From: an uncultured Candidatus Rokubacteria bacterium
Lineage (GTDB): Bacteria; Methylomirabilota; Methylomirabilia; Rokubacteriales; CSP1-6
Direction of reading: 5' to 3'
Length of the DNA: 64,000 nt
Assembly: GCA_963789955.1 (NCBI GenBank)
Contig: CAWBMV010000035.1
Location: 8,512-72,511, forward strand
Under the pieces are notes generated by a model. That model had not been told where the DNA came from. It searched no databases and saw only the letters and a program-made list of their open reading frames with translations. A program made the translations under genes and the position numbers. Shown in pieces: positions 1 to 9,894 of the stretch (position 1 is the first letter of the stretch; each line of letters starts with the position of its first letter).

Positions 1-623
1 CGCGCCAGCTTCACGTACTCGGAGTCGAGCACCTCGAGCATGCCCGAGCGCAGCAGGCGCATCATCCCGGCCACGACGAACCAGCCGAGCGTGAAGCCGG
101 GCAGGACGTAGCTTGCGAGCCCGCCGATGCCACCGGCCGGGAGCCACTGCAGACGCCCGGCCACGACCTCGATCAGCACGATCGCCACCCAGAACGTCGG
201 CAGCGATTGGCCAAGCACCGCGATCACCTGCGCGGCGCGATCGATCCCGGTCCCCTTCCACACCGCCGCCAGCACGCCCAGCGGAAACGCCAGCAGGAGG
301 CTCACCGTCATCGCGAACGCCGCGAGGCGCAGCGAGTTGGGCAGCCGCTGGGCGATCAGCTCGCCGACGGGGCGCCGCGCGCGCAAGGAAGTCCCGAAAT
401 CCCCGGTGAGCGCGCGGCCGACGAACGAGAGGTACTGCGCGACGTACGGCCGGTCGAGGCCAAGATACTTCCGGGCGTTCGCGTAGTCCTCTTCACTGGC
501 CGACATCGGCAGGATCAGGTGGAGCGGATCACCGGTGGCCCTGGCCAGCACGAACACGACCACCGAGAGGATGGCCAGGGCCGCCAGCGATTGGAGGAGG
601 CGCGTGAGGACGAACCGCGCCAC
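1..623 (-). CDS. ABC peptide/nickel transporter permease (DppB/OppB-like), 3' end runs off window
   Basis: Manual translation from GTG at 623: MARFVLTRLLQSLAALAILSVVVFVLARATGDP...LGLDRPYVAQY...GDFGTSL...SLPTFWV...MLEVLDSEYVKLA; lies directly downstream of the SBP gene. Confidence 0.92.
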   Translation of the reverse strand, partial: MARFVLTRLLQSLAALAILSVVVFVLARATGDPLHLILPMSASEEDYANARKYLGLDRPYVAQYLSFVGRALTGDFGTSLRARRPVGELIAQRLPNSLRLAAFAMTVSLLLAFPLGVLAAVWKGTGIDRAAQVIAVLGQSLPTFWVAIVLIEVVAGRLQWLPAGGIGGLASYVLPGFTLGWFVVAGMMRLLRSGMLEVLDSEYVKLA

Positions 624-629
624 GCCCGC

Positions 630-2198
630 TCAGCGCTTCGACGAGGCGAGCTCGTCGATGAAGAAGTCGTACATCACGGTGCCCGGATTCCACTTGCCGA
701 GCGTCTTCGACGCCGCGTACGGCGAATGCAGATAGACCACCGGCAGGCCGTAGTGCTCGCTCCGGAGCCGCGTGTAGACGTTGCGCATCAACGTCCCGAT
801 CTTCTCCTTGTCGGTTTGCCGCATGACCTGCTCGATCATGCCGTCGATCTCCGGATCGTTCACGGTGTCGCCCGCCTTCGACTTGGTGTACGCCTGCTTC
901 TCGAGGAAGGCGTAGGCGCCGATCCAGTCTCGGTTGGCCACGTTGTAGTAGCCGAACGCTCCGGGGGTGGCGCGATCGAACCAGTTCTTGCGGAACGCCG
1001 GATAGTCGACGGGGACCAGCTTCGGCTGGACGCCGACCTTCTGCCAGTACCCGGCCACGGCCTCGGCGAACGCCTTCCCCTCGGGCAGCCCGGGGAGCTG
1101 AAAGGCGTACATCATGAGCGGGAACCCGTTCGCGAACCCGGCTTCGGCGAGCAGCTTCTTGGCGCGAGCCGGATCGTACGGGTACTGCATCTCGGGCGTC
1201 GCCTTGAAGCCGATGTCGCGATACGCCCACGAGAGCCCCAGCGGCACGTACGCTGGATCGGCGTAGCCGGCGAAGATCGATTGGGCGATCTCGTTGCGGT
1301 CGATGGCGAGGTTCAGCGCCTCGCGCACGCGCTTGTCCTTGGTCGGCTGGCCGTCGCGCGGCAGGATCCACCAGGCCGTCAGGATGGCCTCTTCTCTCCG
1401 GAAGTGAATCGGGAACGATTCGCGCTCGAGCTCCTTGACCCGGTCGCGGCTCACGTCGGCGATGTCGACCTCGCCGCGACGCAGGAGCGCGATTCGCGTC
1501 GTCTCTTCCGGCACCAGCTTGAAAGTGACCGTCTTGAAGCGGGGAACGCCGATGCGCCAGTGGTTGTCGACGGCCGTGAGCTTGATGTGCGAGCCCGTCA
1601 CCTGCTCCACGAACTTGTATGGCCCGCTGCCTACCGGCTTCTGCGCAAACGCGTCGTCGCCGATCGCCTCGAGATATTTCTTCGGCAGGATCATTCCCTC
1701 GGTCGAGAGCGAGCGGGACAGGTACGTCGGGATGATCAAGGTCGGATCCTTGGTGACGATGACCACCCGGTCGGGTGCCGGCGTTTCGATGTCCACGATG
1801 AGCGTGCGCAGCGGCCCGGCGTAGCCGGTGGTCGAGCGCTTGCCGATCGCGCGCTGCAGGCTGAACTTGACGTCCTCGGACGTCGCCTCCTCGCCGGTGT
1901 GGAACTTGACGCCCTTGCGGAGATAGAACGTCCAGCGCTTGTGGTCCGCGGAGTTTTCCCAGCGCGTCGCGAGCCCTGAATCCTTCGAGAGCTGGCCGTC
2001 GGGTGTCACGCCGACGAGGTAATCGAACATCAGCGACATGTAGTACTTCACCACGTGGCCGCCCAGGACCGGATCGAGCACCTCCGTCGAGAAGCTGGAG
2101 AGCGCGACGGTGAGATCTGTCTTGCCCTGCGCGACGGCCGGGCCGGCCAGGACGGCGACCAGCAACAACGTCGCCAGCAGTGCGATGGAGAGCCTCAT
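630..2198 (-). CDS. ABC transporter substrate-binding protein, family 5 (peptide/nickel)
   Basis: Signal peptide; LATRWE, WTFYLRKGVKFH, PVGSGPYKF, VREALNLAIDR and YPYDPARAKKLLAEAG motifs. Confidence 0.93.
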   Translation of the reverse strand: MRLSIALLATLLLVAVLAGPAVAQGKTDLTVALSSFSTEVLDPVLGGHVVKYYMSLMFDYLVGVTPDGQLSKDSGLATRWENSADHKRWTFYLRKGVKFHTGEEATSEDVKFSLQRAIGKRSTTGYAGPLRTLIVDIETPAPDRVVIVTKDPTLIIPTYLSRSLSTEGMILPKKYLEAIGDDAFAQKPVGSGPYKFVEQVTGSHIKLTAVDNHWRIGVPRFKTVTFKLVPEETTRIALLRRGEVDIADVSRDRVKELERESFPIHFRREEAILTAWWILPRDGQPTKDKRVREALNLAIDRNEIAQSIFAGYADPAYVPLGLSWAYRDIGFKATPEMQYPYDPARAKKLLAEAGFANGFPLMMYAFQLPGLPEGKAFAEAVAGYWQKVGVQPKLVPVDYPAFRKNWFDRATPGAFGYYNVANRDWIGAYAFLEKQAYTKSKAGDTVNDPEIDGMIEQVMRQTDKEKIGTLMRNVYTRLRSEHYGLPVVYLHSPYAASKTLGKWNPGTVMYDFFIDELASSKR

Positions 2199-2278
2199 GC
2201 TGAGCTCCTTTTTTGTTCGCGGTATCGGAAACTGCGTCGACGACTCAGAAACGCCGCGATGGTAGCATGACGCCCGAC

Positions 2279-2719
2279 ATGGCCGATCTCACCCTGCGCC
2301 AAGCCACCACGATCGTCGAGGCGTCGCTCAAGAAGGGGCGCGAGACCAGCTGCGCGCCGCTGGCCGTCGCGGTCCTCGACGCGGGCGGACACTTGAAGGC
2401 GTTCGGGCGCGAAGACGGCGCCGGGATCGTTCGACCGCAGATCGCGATCGGCAAGGCCTGGGGCGCGCTCGGGATGGGCGTCGGCTCGCGGGCGCTGGCG
2501 CGGCGCGTGGCCGAGCAGCCGCAGCAGCAGGCGTTCTTTGCCGCGCTCAACGCGATGTCCGAGGGCCGCGTCGTGCCGGCGCCGGGCGGCGTGCTCATCC
2601 GCGACGCGGGCGGCGCGGTGATCGGCGCGGTCGGGATCTCCGGCGACGTGTCGGACAAGGACGAAGCGTGCGCGCTGGCCGGGATCGCGGCCGCCGGCCT
2701 CAGCGCCGACACCGGCTAG
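2279..2719 (+). CDS. GlcG/HbpS family heme-binding protein
   Basis: AVAVLDAGGHL, IAIGKAWGA and GGVLIRD...IGAVGISGD..DKDEACA motifs. Confidence 0.88.
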   Translation: MADLTLRQATTIVEASLKKGRETSCAPLAVAVLDAGGHLKAFGREDGAGIVRPQIAIGKAWGALGMGVGSRALARRVAEQPQQQAFFAALNAMSEGRVVPAPGGVLIRDAGGAVIGAVGISGDVSDKDEACALAGIAAAGLSADTG

Positions 2720-2838
2720 CAGACCTCTCCTAACGTCCTGATCTCGGCTTCAAATTTCCCGGTGAACAGCTGGGGATACTGTGGACAACTTCGCGGTTGA
2801 CAGCCGCGGCGTTTCCAGACTACCAAGCGCAAGCGCCG

Positions 2839-3027
2839 ATGCATGACACTGACGCCCGAGCCCACCAGATCCGTGTTCTGTCCGGGGTCGCCGGGTACCT
2901 CTGCTCGGCGCTCGAGGCGCTGGCGCGCAGCGACTGCGACTGGTACACGACCGATCTGCTGGAGCTGCTCTCCGCGATCGATGGGCAGATCGCGGCGCTG
3001 CGGGAGCTCGACGCCGGGCTCGTCTGA
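2839..3027 (+). CDS. small hypothetical helical protein (62 aa)
   Basis: Fills the gap between genes, genome-typical codon use, TTGACA at 2797 upstream. Confidence 0.5.
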   Translation: MHDTDARAHQIRVLSGVAGYLCSALEALARSDCDWYTTDLLELLSAIDGQIAALRELDAGLV

Positions 3028-3028
3028 T

Positions 3029-4178
3029 CTACCAGAACTCCCGCGTGGCGCGCCGGGCGCCTTCGGCCATGCTCGCGAGCTTCGCCCACGCGATGTCCGG
3101 ATCGACCGCGGCCTGCCCCACCCACGTGCCGAATCCACAGTCCGTTCCGGCGATGACGTTCTCGCGCCCGACCAGCCGCGCGTAGCGGCCGATGCGCTCG
3201 GCCACGAGGTCCGGGTGCTCGATGAAATTGGTCGTCGAGTCCAGGACGCCGGGGATGAGCACCTTGCCGGCCGGCAGCTTCACGCGCTCGAACACCCGCC
3301 ATTCGTGCGCGTGGCGCGGATTGGCGGCCTCGAACGACACCGCCGCCGGCTTCGCGTCGAAGACGATGTCGATGATGTCGGCCAGCGCGACGTCGTAGTG
3401 ATGCGGGCCCTCGTAGTTGCCCCAGCACACGTGGAGCCTCGCGCGGTCCGCCGGCACGTTCGCGAGTGCCCGGTTCATCGCCTCGATGTGAAGCCGAGCC
3501 ATCTTGCGGAACTCGTCGAGGCTCAGGTCGGCGAACTGGATGTGCCGCCCCATCCCGAGATCCGGGCAATCGAGCTGCACGACGAAGCCCGCCTTCACCA
3601 CCGCCTCGTACTCGGGCCGCATCGCGTCGGCGATCGCGAACAGATAGGCCTCGTGGCTCGGGTAGTGATCGTTGCGGAAGAACAGCGAGATCACGCCCGG
3701 CGAGGCGGCCGACATGAAGCCGCGCTCGGCCTTCGCCGCGTCGCACGCCGCGCGGAGATTCTCGGCGTCGGTCTCGGCCGCGCGCGGCTCGCGCACGCTG
3801 ATCGGCCCGTCGCAGGCCGGCGTCCGTCGCCGCGACCGGCCGGGATCGCCGAAGACGCGCTTGGCCATCTCGGGAAAGTCCACGAGGTCGCGATACGTCA
3901 GCGGGATGGCTCGCGCCGCCGAAGCCGTTCAGGCGGTCCTTGACGTAGGTCGCGTAGCTCGGCTTGCTCATCTCACCGTCGTTCACGATGGCGATGCCGG
4001 CCTTCACCTGCTTCTGCACGGCTTCGGCCACCGCGGCGCGGATGCGGGCCCCGAGGGCCGCCGCGTCGACGGGCACACCTTCTTCCTTCGCGTACATCAT
4101 GCGGATCAAGTCCGCCGGACGCGGGAGACTGCCGGTGTGCGTGGTGAGGAATGCGTCGGTGCTGCGCGGCGTCGTCAT
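3029..4178 (-). CDS. cobalamin-independent methionine synthase II family protein (MetE C-terminal-like), frameshift near 3900
   Basis: TTHTGSLPRP, DGEMSK, Zn ligands HVCWGN and TDCGFG; two ORF halves join across one indel. Confidence 0.88.
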
Positions 4179-4250
4179 GGCGGCGCGATGCTACCACACG
4201 CCCCGTCGCCCGCCAGCCGTGTCAACATACTCTGCGGCGCTCGTGTTGGC

Positions 4251-4415
4251 GGTGGAGCGGGGGCGAGGGGCCAGCGGGAGGGGTCGCGCGACCACGCGGC
4301 ACGCGTGCGCTGCTCCGGGGCGGCTGGGCTCCATCCGGGCGCGCCGCATCCGATGTCCCTTGGAGGGAACGGGGCTCGTCGACCCCTCCCGCTGGCCCCT
4401 CGCCCCAGCTCCACC
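4251..4415. repeat. MITE/REPIN-like element with 36-bp terminal inverted repeats
   Basis: GGTGGAGCGGGGGCGAGGGGCCAGCGGGAGGGGTCG (4251-4286) and CGACCCCTCCCGCTGGCCCCTCGCCCCAGCTCCACC (4380-4415) match 35/36; intergenic between divergent genes. Confidence 0.8.
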
Positions 4416-4453
4416 GGTCACGCGCAACGTGGCGCACTCGACAGGAGGGATCG

Positions 4454-5396
4454 TTGGAGCGTGGCGTGAGGCGGAGAGAGATCGAGGAGATTCGGGAGGT
4501 TATTCGGCCGTATGTGCGGGTGACGCCGGTGGTGGAGGTCGGCGGAAAGGAGTTTGGGCTGGCGGATTTTCCGATCGTGCTGAAGCTCGAGCTCTTGCAG
4601 CATTCCGGCTCGTTCAAGGCGCGGGGGGCCTTCGCGAATCTGCTGACCCGCAAGATTCCGCGCGGTGGGCGTCGTCGCTGCGTCCGGCGGAAATCACGGG
4701 GCCGCGGTGGCGTACGCCGCCATGCGGCTCGGCGTGCCGGCCAAGATCTTCGTGCCGACCGTGTCGTCGCCGGCGAAGGTGGCGCGCATCCGCGCGTACG
4801 GAGCCGATCTCGCCATCGTCGGTGATCGGTATGCCGACGCGCTCGCGGCCAGCGAGGCATGGGTCGCGCAGACGGCCGCGCTACCGGTGCACGCATTCGA
4901 CCAGACCGAGACCTTGCTCGGCCAGGGAACGCTCGGCATGGAGCTCGCGGAGCAGGCGACGGTCGACACGGTGCTGGTGTCGGTCGGTGGCGGAGGCCTG
5001 ATCGGCGGGGTGGCGGCGTGGTTCGCCGGATCGGTCAAGGTCGTCGGCGTCGAGCCCGAGTTGGCGCCGACTCTGACGGAGGCCCTGAAGGCCGGACGAC
5101 CCGTCGATGCGCCGGCGGGCGGCATCGCCGCCGATTCGCTGGCGCCCCGCCGCGTCGGCGAGCTGATGTTTCCGATCGCGCGCGCTCACGTCGCCCGCGT
5201 GGTGCTCGTGAGCGACGAGGCGATCCGCCGGGCGCAAGAGGCGCTGTGGAGCGCGGTCCGAATCGTGGCCGAGCCGGGCGGCGCGGCCGCGTTCGCGGCG
5301 CTGCTGAGCGGGGCTTACGCGCCGACGGCGGGCGAGCGGGTCGGCGTCGTCGTCAGCGGCGGCAACTCCACCGCGGTCGATTTCGGTCGCGCCTGA
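4454..5396 (+). CDS. PLP-dependent threonine/serine dehydratase family protein, frameshift near 4660
   Basis: AGGAGG RBS then TTG; LKLELLQHSGSFKARGA (PLP Lys), ASGGNHG, VSVGGGGLIGG, VVSGGN. Confidence 0.88.
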
Positions 5397-5415
5397 CGGC
5401 GCCCGCGCGCTCCGC

Positions 5416-6015
5416 CTAGATGATCGCGAAATGCGCTTCGGTCGTCCGGCCGCTGCGGCCGTTGATCGGCAGAATGTCTTGCGGACAGGCGGAGAGCGCG
5501 ATGACCAGATCCATCTCGGCGCGGAACACCACGTAGCTGCCCGGCTGCGAGACCGGGTCGCCCCACGCGAGCTGGCCGTCGGCCGTCCACGGAATGTTCA
5601 TGAACAGGTTCAGCGACGGCGGCGTGGCGCGGATCACCACGCCGAGGTTCGCGAGCGCCGAGTGCAGGTTGTCCCGGCAGTTGTCGTGATAGCCCTCGAC
5701 GCCGAGCAGGCCGTAGCGCCACCGGTCGCACGGCGCCATCAAGGTGTCGTGGGCGCACCGCGACGTGTCCTCGACGAGGGTGAGGATCGGCTTTCGCTGG
5801 TTGGTGACGAACGTGTCGCCGACCGCCGCCGCGAGCTTCATGAACGAGGCGCGGCTGGCCTCCATCGACATCCACTCCGTCAGATCGCGTGCGTTGAAGG
5901 CCCACGCATCGACGACCTGCGTGCCGTGGGTGTTGACGACCTTGATGTGCTGGCCGGCGCCCGCCTGCGCCGCCTTGCCCCCACGGGCCGGAATCGTGAC
6001 GAGCTCAGCGCTCAC
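5416..6015 (-). CDS. DUF1989 / urea carboxylase-associated family protein
   Basis: GTQVVDAWAF, HDTLMAPCD, HDNCRDNL, LNLFMNIP, ALSACPQD. Confidence 0.85.
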   Translation of the reverse strand: MSAELVTIPARGGKAAQAGAGQHIKVVNTHGTQVVDAWAFNARDLTEWMSMEASRASFMKLAAAVGDTFVTNQRKPILTLVEDTSRCAHDTLMAPCDRWRYGLLGVEGYHDNCRDNLHSALANLGVVIRATPPSLNLFMNIPWTADGQLAWGDPVSQPGSYVVFRAEMDLVIALSACPQDILPINGRSGRTTEAHFAII

Positions 6016-6542
6016 TTGGGAGTCCCCCTTTCGGGCTTCTCACGGTAGTACGAGTTGATGCCGGTGTCCGGAGGCGAGCCGCTCGTCATCGTGAGCATCG
6101 TGGCGAGCTCACTCCGGTGGTGGGCCGCGTGGGTCGGGACGTGGAGCAGCAGCATGCCGAGCGGCCGGCTGTACGTCCGGCCCTCGGGGGTCTTGCCGTC
6201 GAGCGACCGCCACAAGTCGGCCTCGGCGAGGCCGGCCAGAAACGTCCGCTGCTCGCCCTCGAGCTCGTCCCACTTTCGGCGGAGCTCGCCGAGATCGCGA
6301 ATGACCAGGCCGTAGGTCGGATCGCCGCGGACGACCGCGGGCGGGCTGCCCCGCCACGTCGCGAGCCAGAACCAGTCGGCGCCGTACATGTGCACGAGCA
6401 TCGCACGCAGCGACGACTCGCTGAACTGCTTGCCGATCTCGCGCCCGGCGGCCTCGTCACCGAGCGCCGCCACCACGTCGAAGAGCCGGCGATTGGCCCA
6501 GTGATGGTAGGCCCAGTACTCTCGGATCAGCTCGACGCTCAT
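6012..6542 (-). CDS. DinB/YfiT family protein
   Basis: YHHWANRRL, SLRAMLVHMYGAD, LLHVPTHAAHHRSEL His triad; 4-bp overlaps with both neighbours. Confidence 0.88.
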   Translation of the reverse strand: MSVELIREYWAYHHWANRRLFDVVAALGDEAAGREIGKQFSESSLRAMLVHMYGADWFWLATWRGSPPAVVRGDPTYGLVIRDLGELRRKWDELEGEQRTFLAGLAEADLWRSLDGKTPEGRTYSRPLGMLLLHVPTHAAHHRSELATMLTMTSGSPPDTGINSYYREKPERGTPK

Positions 6543-7366
6543 GATCCGCTCCGGAGACCGTGGCCTCCGCGATAGTCGGACGCCGCCGGCGGCGTCCAGC
6601 CCGCGAGCAGATCGGGCGCCGGCTGCCAGATCTCGACCCCGAGCGGCCGGCACGTGGCGAGCGCATCGCCGGCGCCGGGCCCCCACACCGCCACCGAGAG
6701 ATCGCCGTGCGGACACACCGAGATCGCGGCCAGCACGTCGATCTCGGCGAAGAACTCGACGAAATCACCGGTGCGCGCCGGACTCGGCTTGACGAAGTAG
6801 CGTCCCTCGGGGGTGAGCCCGGTGACCTGGAAGACGTTGAGCACGTCGTGCACGTCGAGCTCGGTCAGGTGAAAGGGCGCGACCGCGCGCACGAGATTGC
6901 TGTGACAGCAGAGGTCGAACTCCTCGCCGTTGAGCAGCTTGTGGACGTACGGGTCGCACCGCGTCCCGAGCAAGTCGTGACAGCCGCCGCCGTCCTCGTC
7001 GCGCCCGTAGCGGACGCTGTCGCCGGTCATCGTCAACATCGGCCTGAGGTACGGCAGGCACGACCACAGCCGGTCGAAGGGCGTGAGGTGCGCCTGGTGG
7101 AGCTGGCGCGTGCGCGACGCCCAGAAACGCTCGCGCGGGTTCGCCAGGCTCCACACGTTCAGATCCGCCACCTGCGGCCCCTCGACGGCGACGATCCGGA
7201 AGATCTGCCCGGCACGCACCGGCCACGCCCGGCCCGTCCGCCGGGGCACGACGAACCGGTCGACCAGGGTGCGCTTGCCGGTCTCACGCGCCAGTCGACC
7301 GTAGAGCTCGCGGTCGACCTCGAGTGGTGAGCCGGGCTTTGCGTCGTAGATCACGCGCGGTCGCAT
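6539..7366 (-). CDS. DUF1989 / urea carboxylase-associated family protein
   Basis: EGPQVADLNVW, HDLLGTRCDPY, CCHSNL, VHDVLNVFQVTG, AISVCPHGD. Confidence 0.87.
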   Translation of the reverse strand: MRPRVIYDAKPGSPLEVDRELYGRLARETGKRTLVDRFVVPRRTGRAWPVRAGQIFRIVAVEGPQVADLNVWSLANPRERFWASRTRQLHQAHLTPFDRLWSCLPYLRPMLTMTGDSVRYGRDEDGGGCHDLLGTRCDPYVHKLLNGEEFDLCCHSNLVRAVAPFHLTELDVHDVLNVFQVTGLTPEGRYFVKPSPARTGDFVEFFAEIDVLAAISVCPHGDLSVAVWGPGAGDALATCRPLGVEIWQPAPDLLAGWTPPAASDYRGGHGLRSGS

Positions 7367-7450
7367 GTGCTGGGAGAAGGCGGCTCCTCTCCTATCTCAA
7401 CGCGGCGCCTGGGCCCACGGTTGCACGCGCAGCGGGCAGTCGCGCCGACG

Positions 7451-7499
7451 TTGACAATCCCTGATCAGGCATAGTCTGATACCGGCCAGCCGGATCAGA
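7451..7499 (+). promoter_or_regulatory. putative -35 box with palindromic operator-like sites upstream of the liv operon
   Basis: TTGACA at 7451, palindrome CCTGATCAGG at 7460-7469, TCTGAT...ATCAGA inverted repeat at 7475-7499. Confidence 0.4.
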
Positions 7500-7535
7500 A
7501 TGCCGCATGATAGCGCCGATCAGGGAGGTCCAGCC

Positions 7536-8801
7536 ATGAGAGTGTTGCGCGTGACCACGGCAATCGCACTGTTCCTCGGGCTCGTCGGCTTCGTCGCCGG
7601 CACCGACGCCCAGCAGTGCCCCAAGGGTAAGCTCCGCCTCTACACGTCGTGGCCGATGCAGGGCGCGATGCTGCCCGAGGGCACCGGCATGAAGAACGGC
7701 GTCGACCTCGCGGTGGCCGAGGTCAACGGCGTCGTCGCGGGCTACTGCCTCGAGATCGTGAACCTGGACGACGCCTCGCCGCAAACCGGCAAGTGGGACG
7801 GCGCGGTCGAGGCCGAGAACGCGAACAAGGCGGTCGGCGATCCGCTGGCGATCGTGTACATCGGGACCTACAACTCCGGCGCCGCCAAGGTGTCGATCCC
7901 GATCACGAACCGCGCGCACATGGCGCAGGTCACGCCGGCCAACACCTATCCCGGGCTGACGAAGAAGCGCGGCGCTGCGCCGGGTGAGCCGGAGATCTAC
8001 CGGCCCGGCGGGTTCGTGAACTACTTCCGGCCGATCCCGGCCGACGACATCCAGGGCGCGGTCGGCGCCAAGTGGGCCAAGCGTCTCGGCGTCAAGAAGG
8101 TGTTCATCCTCAACGACCAGGAGCTCTACGGCAAGGGCATCGCCGACGTCTTCGAGGCCACCGCGAAGAAGATCGGGCTGCCCGTCGTCGCCAACGAGGG
8201 CATCGACTGGAAGCAGCCCGACCAGAAGCCGGTGCTGACGAAGGTCCGGGCCTCCGGCGCGGACCTCGTCTACCTGGGCGGCGTCATCGAGACCGGCGCG
8301 CAGGTGATCATCCGGCAGATGAAGGAAGTCGGGCTCGTCGCGCCGCGGACGCGCTTCATGGGACCGGACGGGCTGCTGGAAGAAGAGCTCCTGAAGGGCG
8401 CCACGTGCGAGGCCGCCCTGGCGACCGACATGCGCGTCACGTTCGCCGGTCTGCCGTTCGAGAAGATGCGCGGCGTCGGCGCCAAGACGTACGAGACCTA
8501 CAAGACGAAGTACGGGAAGGAGCCGACCTCGTACGCGCTGTACGCCGCCGAGGGCGGCCGCGTGATCGTCGACGCCATCAAGCGGGCCGCGCCGCAGATC
8601 GAGAAGGCGAAGGACGTCACCGAGAAGCGCGAGGCCGTGCGCAAGGCGATCGCCTCCACCAAGAACTTCGAGGGCATCAACGGCAAGTGGAGCTTCGACG
8701 AGAACGGCGACGTCGACTACGACACCATGTCCGGCTTCAAGGTGATGAAGGCCGAGGGGCCGATCGGCTGCAAGTTCCAGTTCGAGTCCATCCTCGAGTA
8801 G
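7536..8801 (+). CDS. branched-chain amino acid ABC transporter substrate-binding protein (LivK/LivJ-like)
   Basis: GGAGG RBS, signal peptide, YIGTYNSGAAK, LYGKGIADVF, FEGINGKWSFDENGD. Confidence 0.92.
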   Translation: MRVLRVTTAIALFLGLVGFVAGTDAQQCPKGKLRLYTSWPMQGAMLPEGTGMKNGVDLAVAEVNGVVAGYCLEIVNLDDASPQTGKWDGAVEAENANKAVGDPLAIVYIGTYNSGAAKVSIPITNRAHMAQVTPANTYPGLTKKRGAAPGEPEIYRPGGFVNYFRPIPADDIQGAVGAKWAKRLGVKKVFILNDQELYGKGIADVFEATAKKIGLPVVANEGIDWKQPDQKPVLTKVRASGADLVYLGGVIETGAQVIIRQMKEVGLVAPRTRFMGPDGLLEEELLKGATCEAALATDMRVTFAGLPFEKMRGVGAKTYETYKTKYGKEPTSYALYAAEGGRVIVDAIKRAAPQIEKAKDVTEKREAVRKAIASTKNFEGINGKWSFDENGDVDYDTMSGFKVMKAEGPIGCKFQFESILE

Positions 8802-8955
8802 CGGCCTCGAACGGAGCGCCGGCTCGGCGCCCGACTTCGCGACGCAGGCCGCGATCCGCGGCCCTCGAGACCGCGAGCGCCCCGAGGGAGCGACGGCTGC
8901 GCGTCTCCGAGCGAGCTGGGGGCCCTGAGCCCACATCTCCTAACGCCCCCCACCA

Positions 8956-9894
8956 ATGAACTGGTGGGAGGTACTCGTCCAGCAGACCATCAACGGCCTG
9001 ACGCGCGGGGCCGTCTTCGCGCTGATCGCGCTCGGCTACACGATGGTCTACGGGATCATCGAGCTCATCAACTTCGCGCACGGCGACGTCTTCATGCTGG
9101 GCCTCTTCATCTCGCTCGCCTGGTTCGCGCTGCTCGGCGTCACGAAGACCTTGACCGGCTGGGAGCTCGTGACGATCCTGCCGCTCGTCTTCGTCCTGAC
9201 CATGCTCACCACGGCGGCGCTCAACGTGACGATCGACCGCGTCGCCTACCGCCCGCTGCGCCGCTCGACGCGGCTGGCGCCGCTGATCACCGCCATCGGC
9301 GTGTCGTTCATGCTGGAGAATCTGGCGCTCCTCTGGAAGGGCCCGGCGCCCATCGCGTATCCCGACGTGTTTCCGTCGGTCGACATCCTGCGCGAGTGGT
9401 TCGGCGTCGATTCGGCGATCTTCATCACCACCAAGGACGTGCTCGTGGTGGGCGCGACGATTCCGCTGATGATCGCGCTCAACTACTTCGTGACCCGGAC
9501 GCGCTGGGGCAAGGCCATGCGGGCGACGGCGCAGGATCGCGAGACCGCGCAGGCGATGGGCATCAACGTCGAGCGCGTCATCCTGGTGACGTTCTTCGTC
9601 GGCGGCGCGCTGGCGGGCGCGGCCGGGTTGATCCAGGGCATCTACTACAACATCGGCATGTGGTGGATGGGCTACCAGGCGGGCCTGCGCGCCTTCACGG
9701 CGGCGGTGCTCGGCGGCATCGGCAACATGCCCGGCGCCGCGCTCGGCGGGCTCTTCATCGGATTTCTCTCGGCGTGGAGCGACCAGTACATCTCCGCGCG
9801 CTGGACCAACGCGATCGTCTTCGCGATCCTCATCCTGGTGCTCGTCTTCCGTCCCCAGGGACTCCTCGGCGCCCGATCGCCGGACAAGGTATGA
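8956..9894 (+). CDS. livH: branched-chain amino acid ABC transporter permease LivH
   Basis: ALIALGYTMVYGIIELINFAHG, GKAMRATAQD, AFTAAVLGGIG. Confidence 0.93.
   Translation: MNWWEVLVQQTINGLTRGAVFALIALGYTMVYGIIELINFAHGDVFMLGLFISLAWFALLGVTKTLTGWELVTILPLVFVLTMLTTAALNVTIDRVAYRPLRRSTRLAPLITAIGVSFMLENLALLWKGPAPIAYPDVFPSVDILREWFGVDSAIFITTKDVLVVGATIPLMIALNYFVTRTRWGKAMRATAQDRETAQAMGINVERVILVTFFVGGALAGAAGLIQGIYYNIGMWWMGYQAGLRAFTAAVLGGIGNMPGAALGGLFIGFLSAWSDQYISARWTNAIVFAILILVLVFRPQGLLGARSPDKV

Noticed and set aside
207-1979. Long antisense ORFs (this one, 7392-8936, 13803-15302 and many others)
   Set aside because: Shadow ORFs expected at high GC opposite well-supported genes; no motifs
7367-7450. Guanidine riboswitch upstream of the DUF1989 genes
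   Set aside because: No tandem ACGR hairpins or other guanidine riboswitch consensus visible on the minus strand
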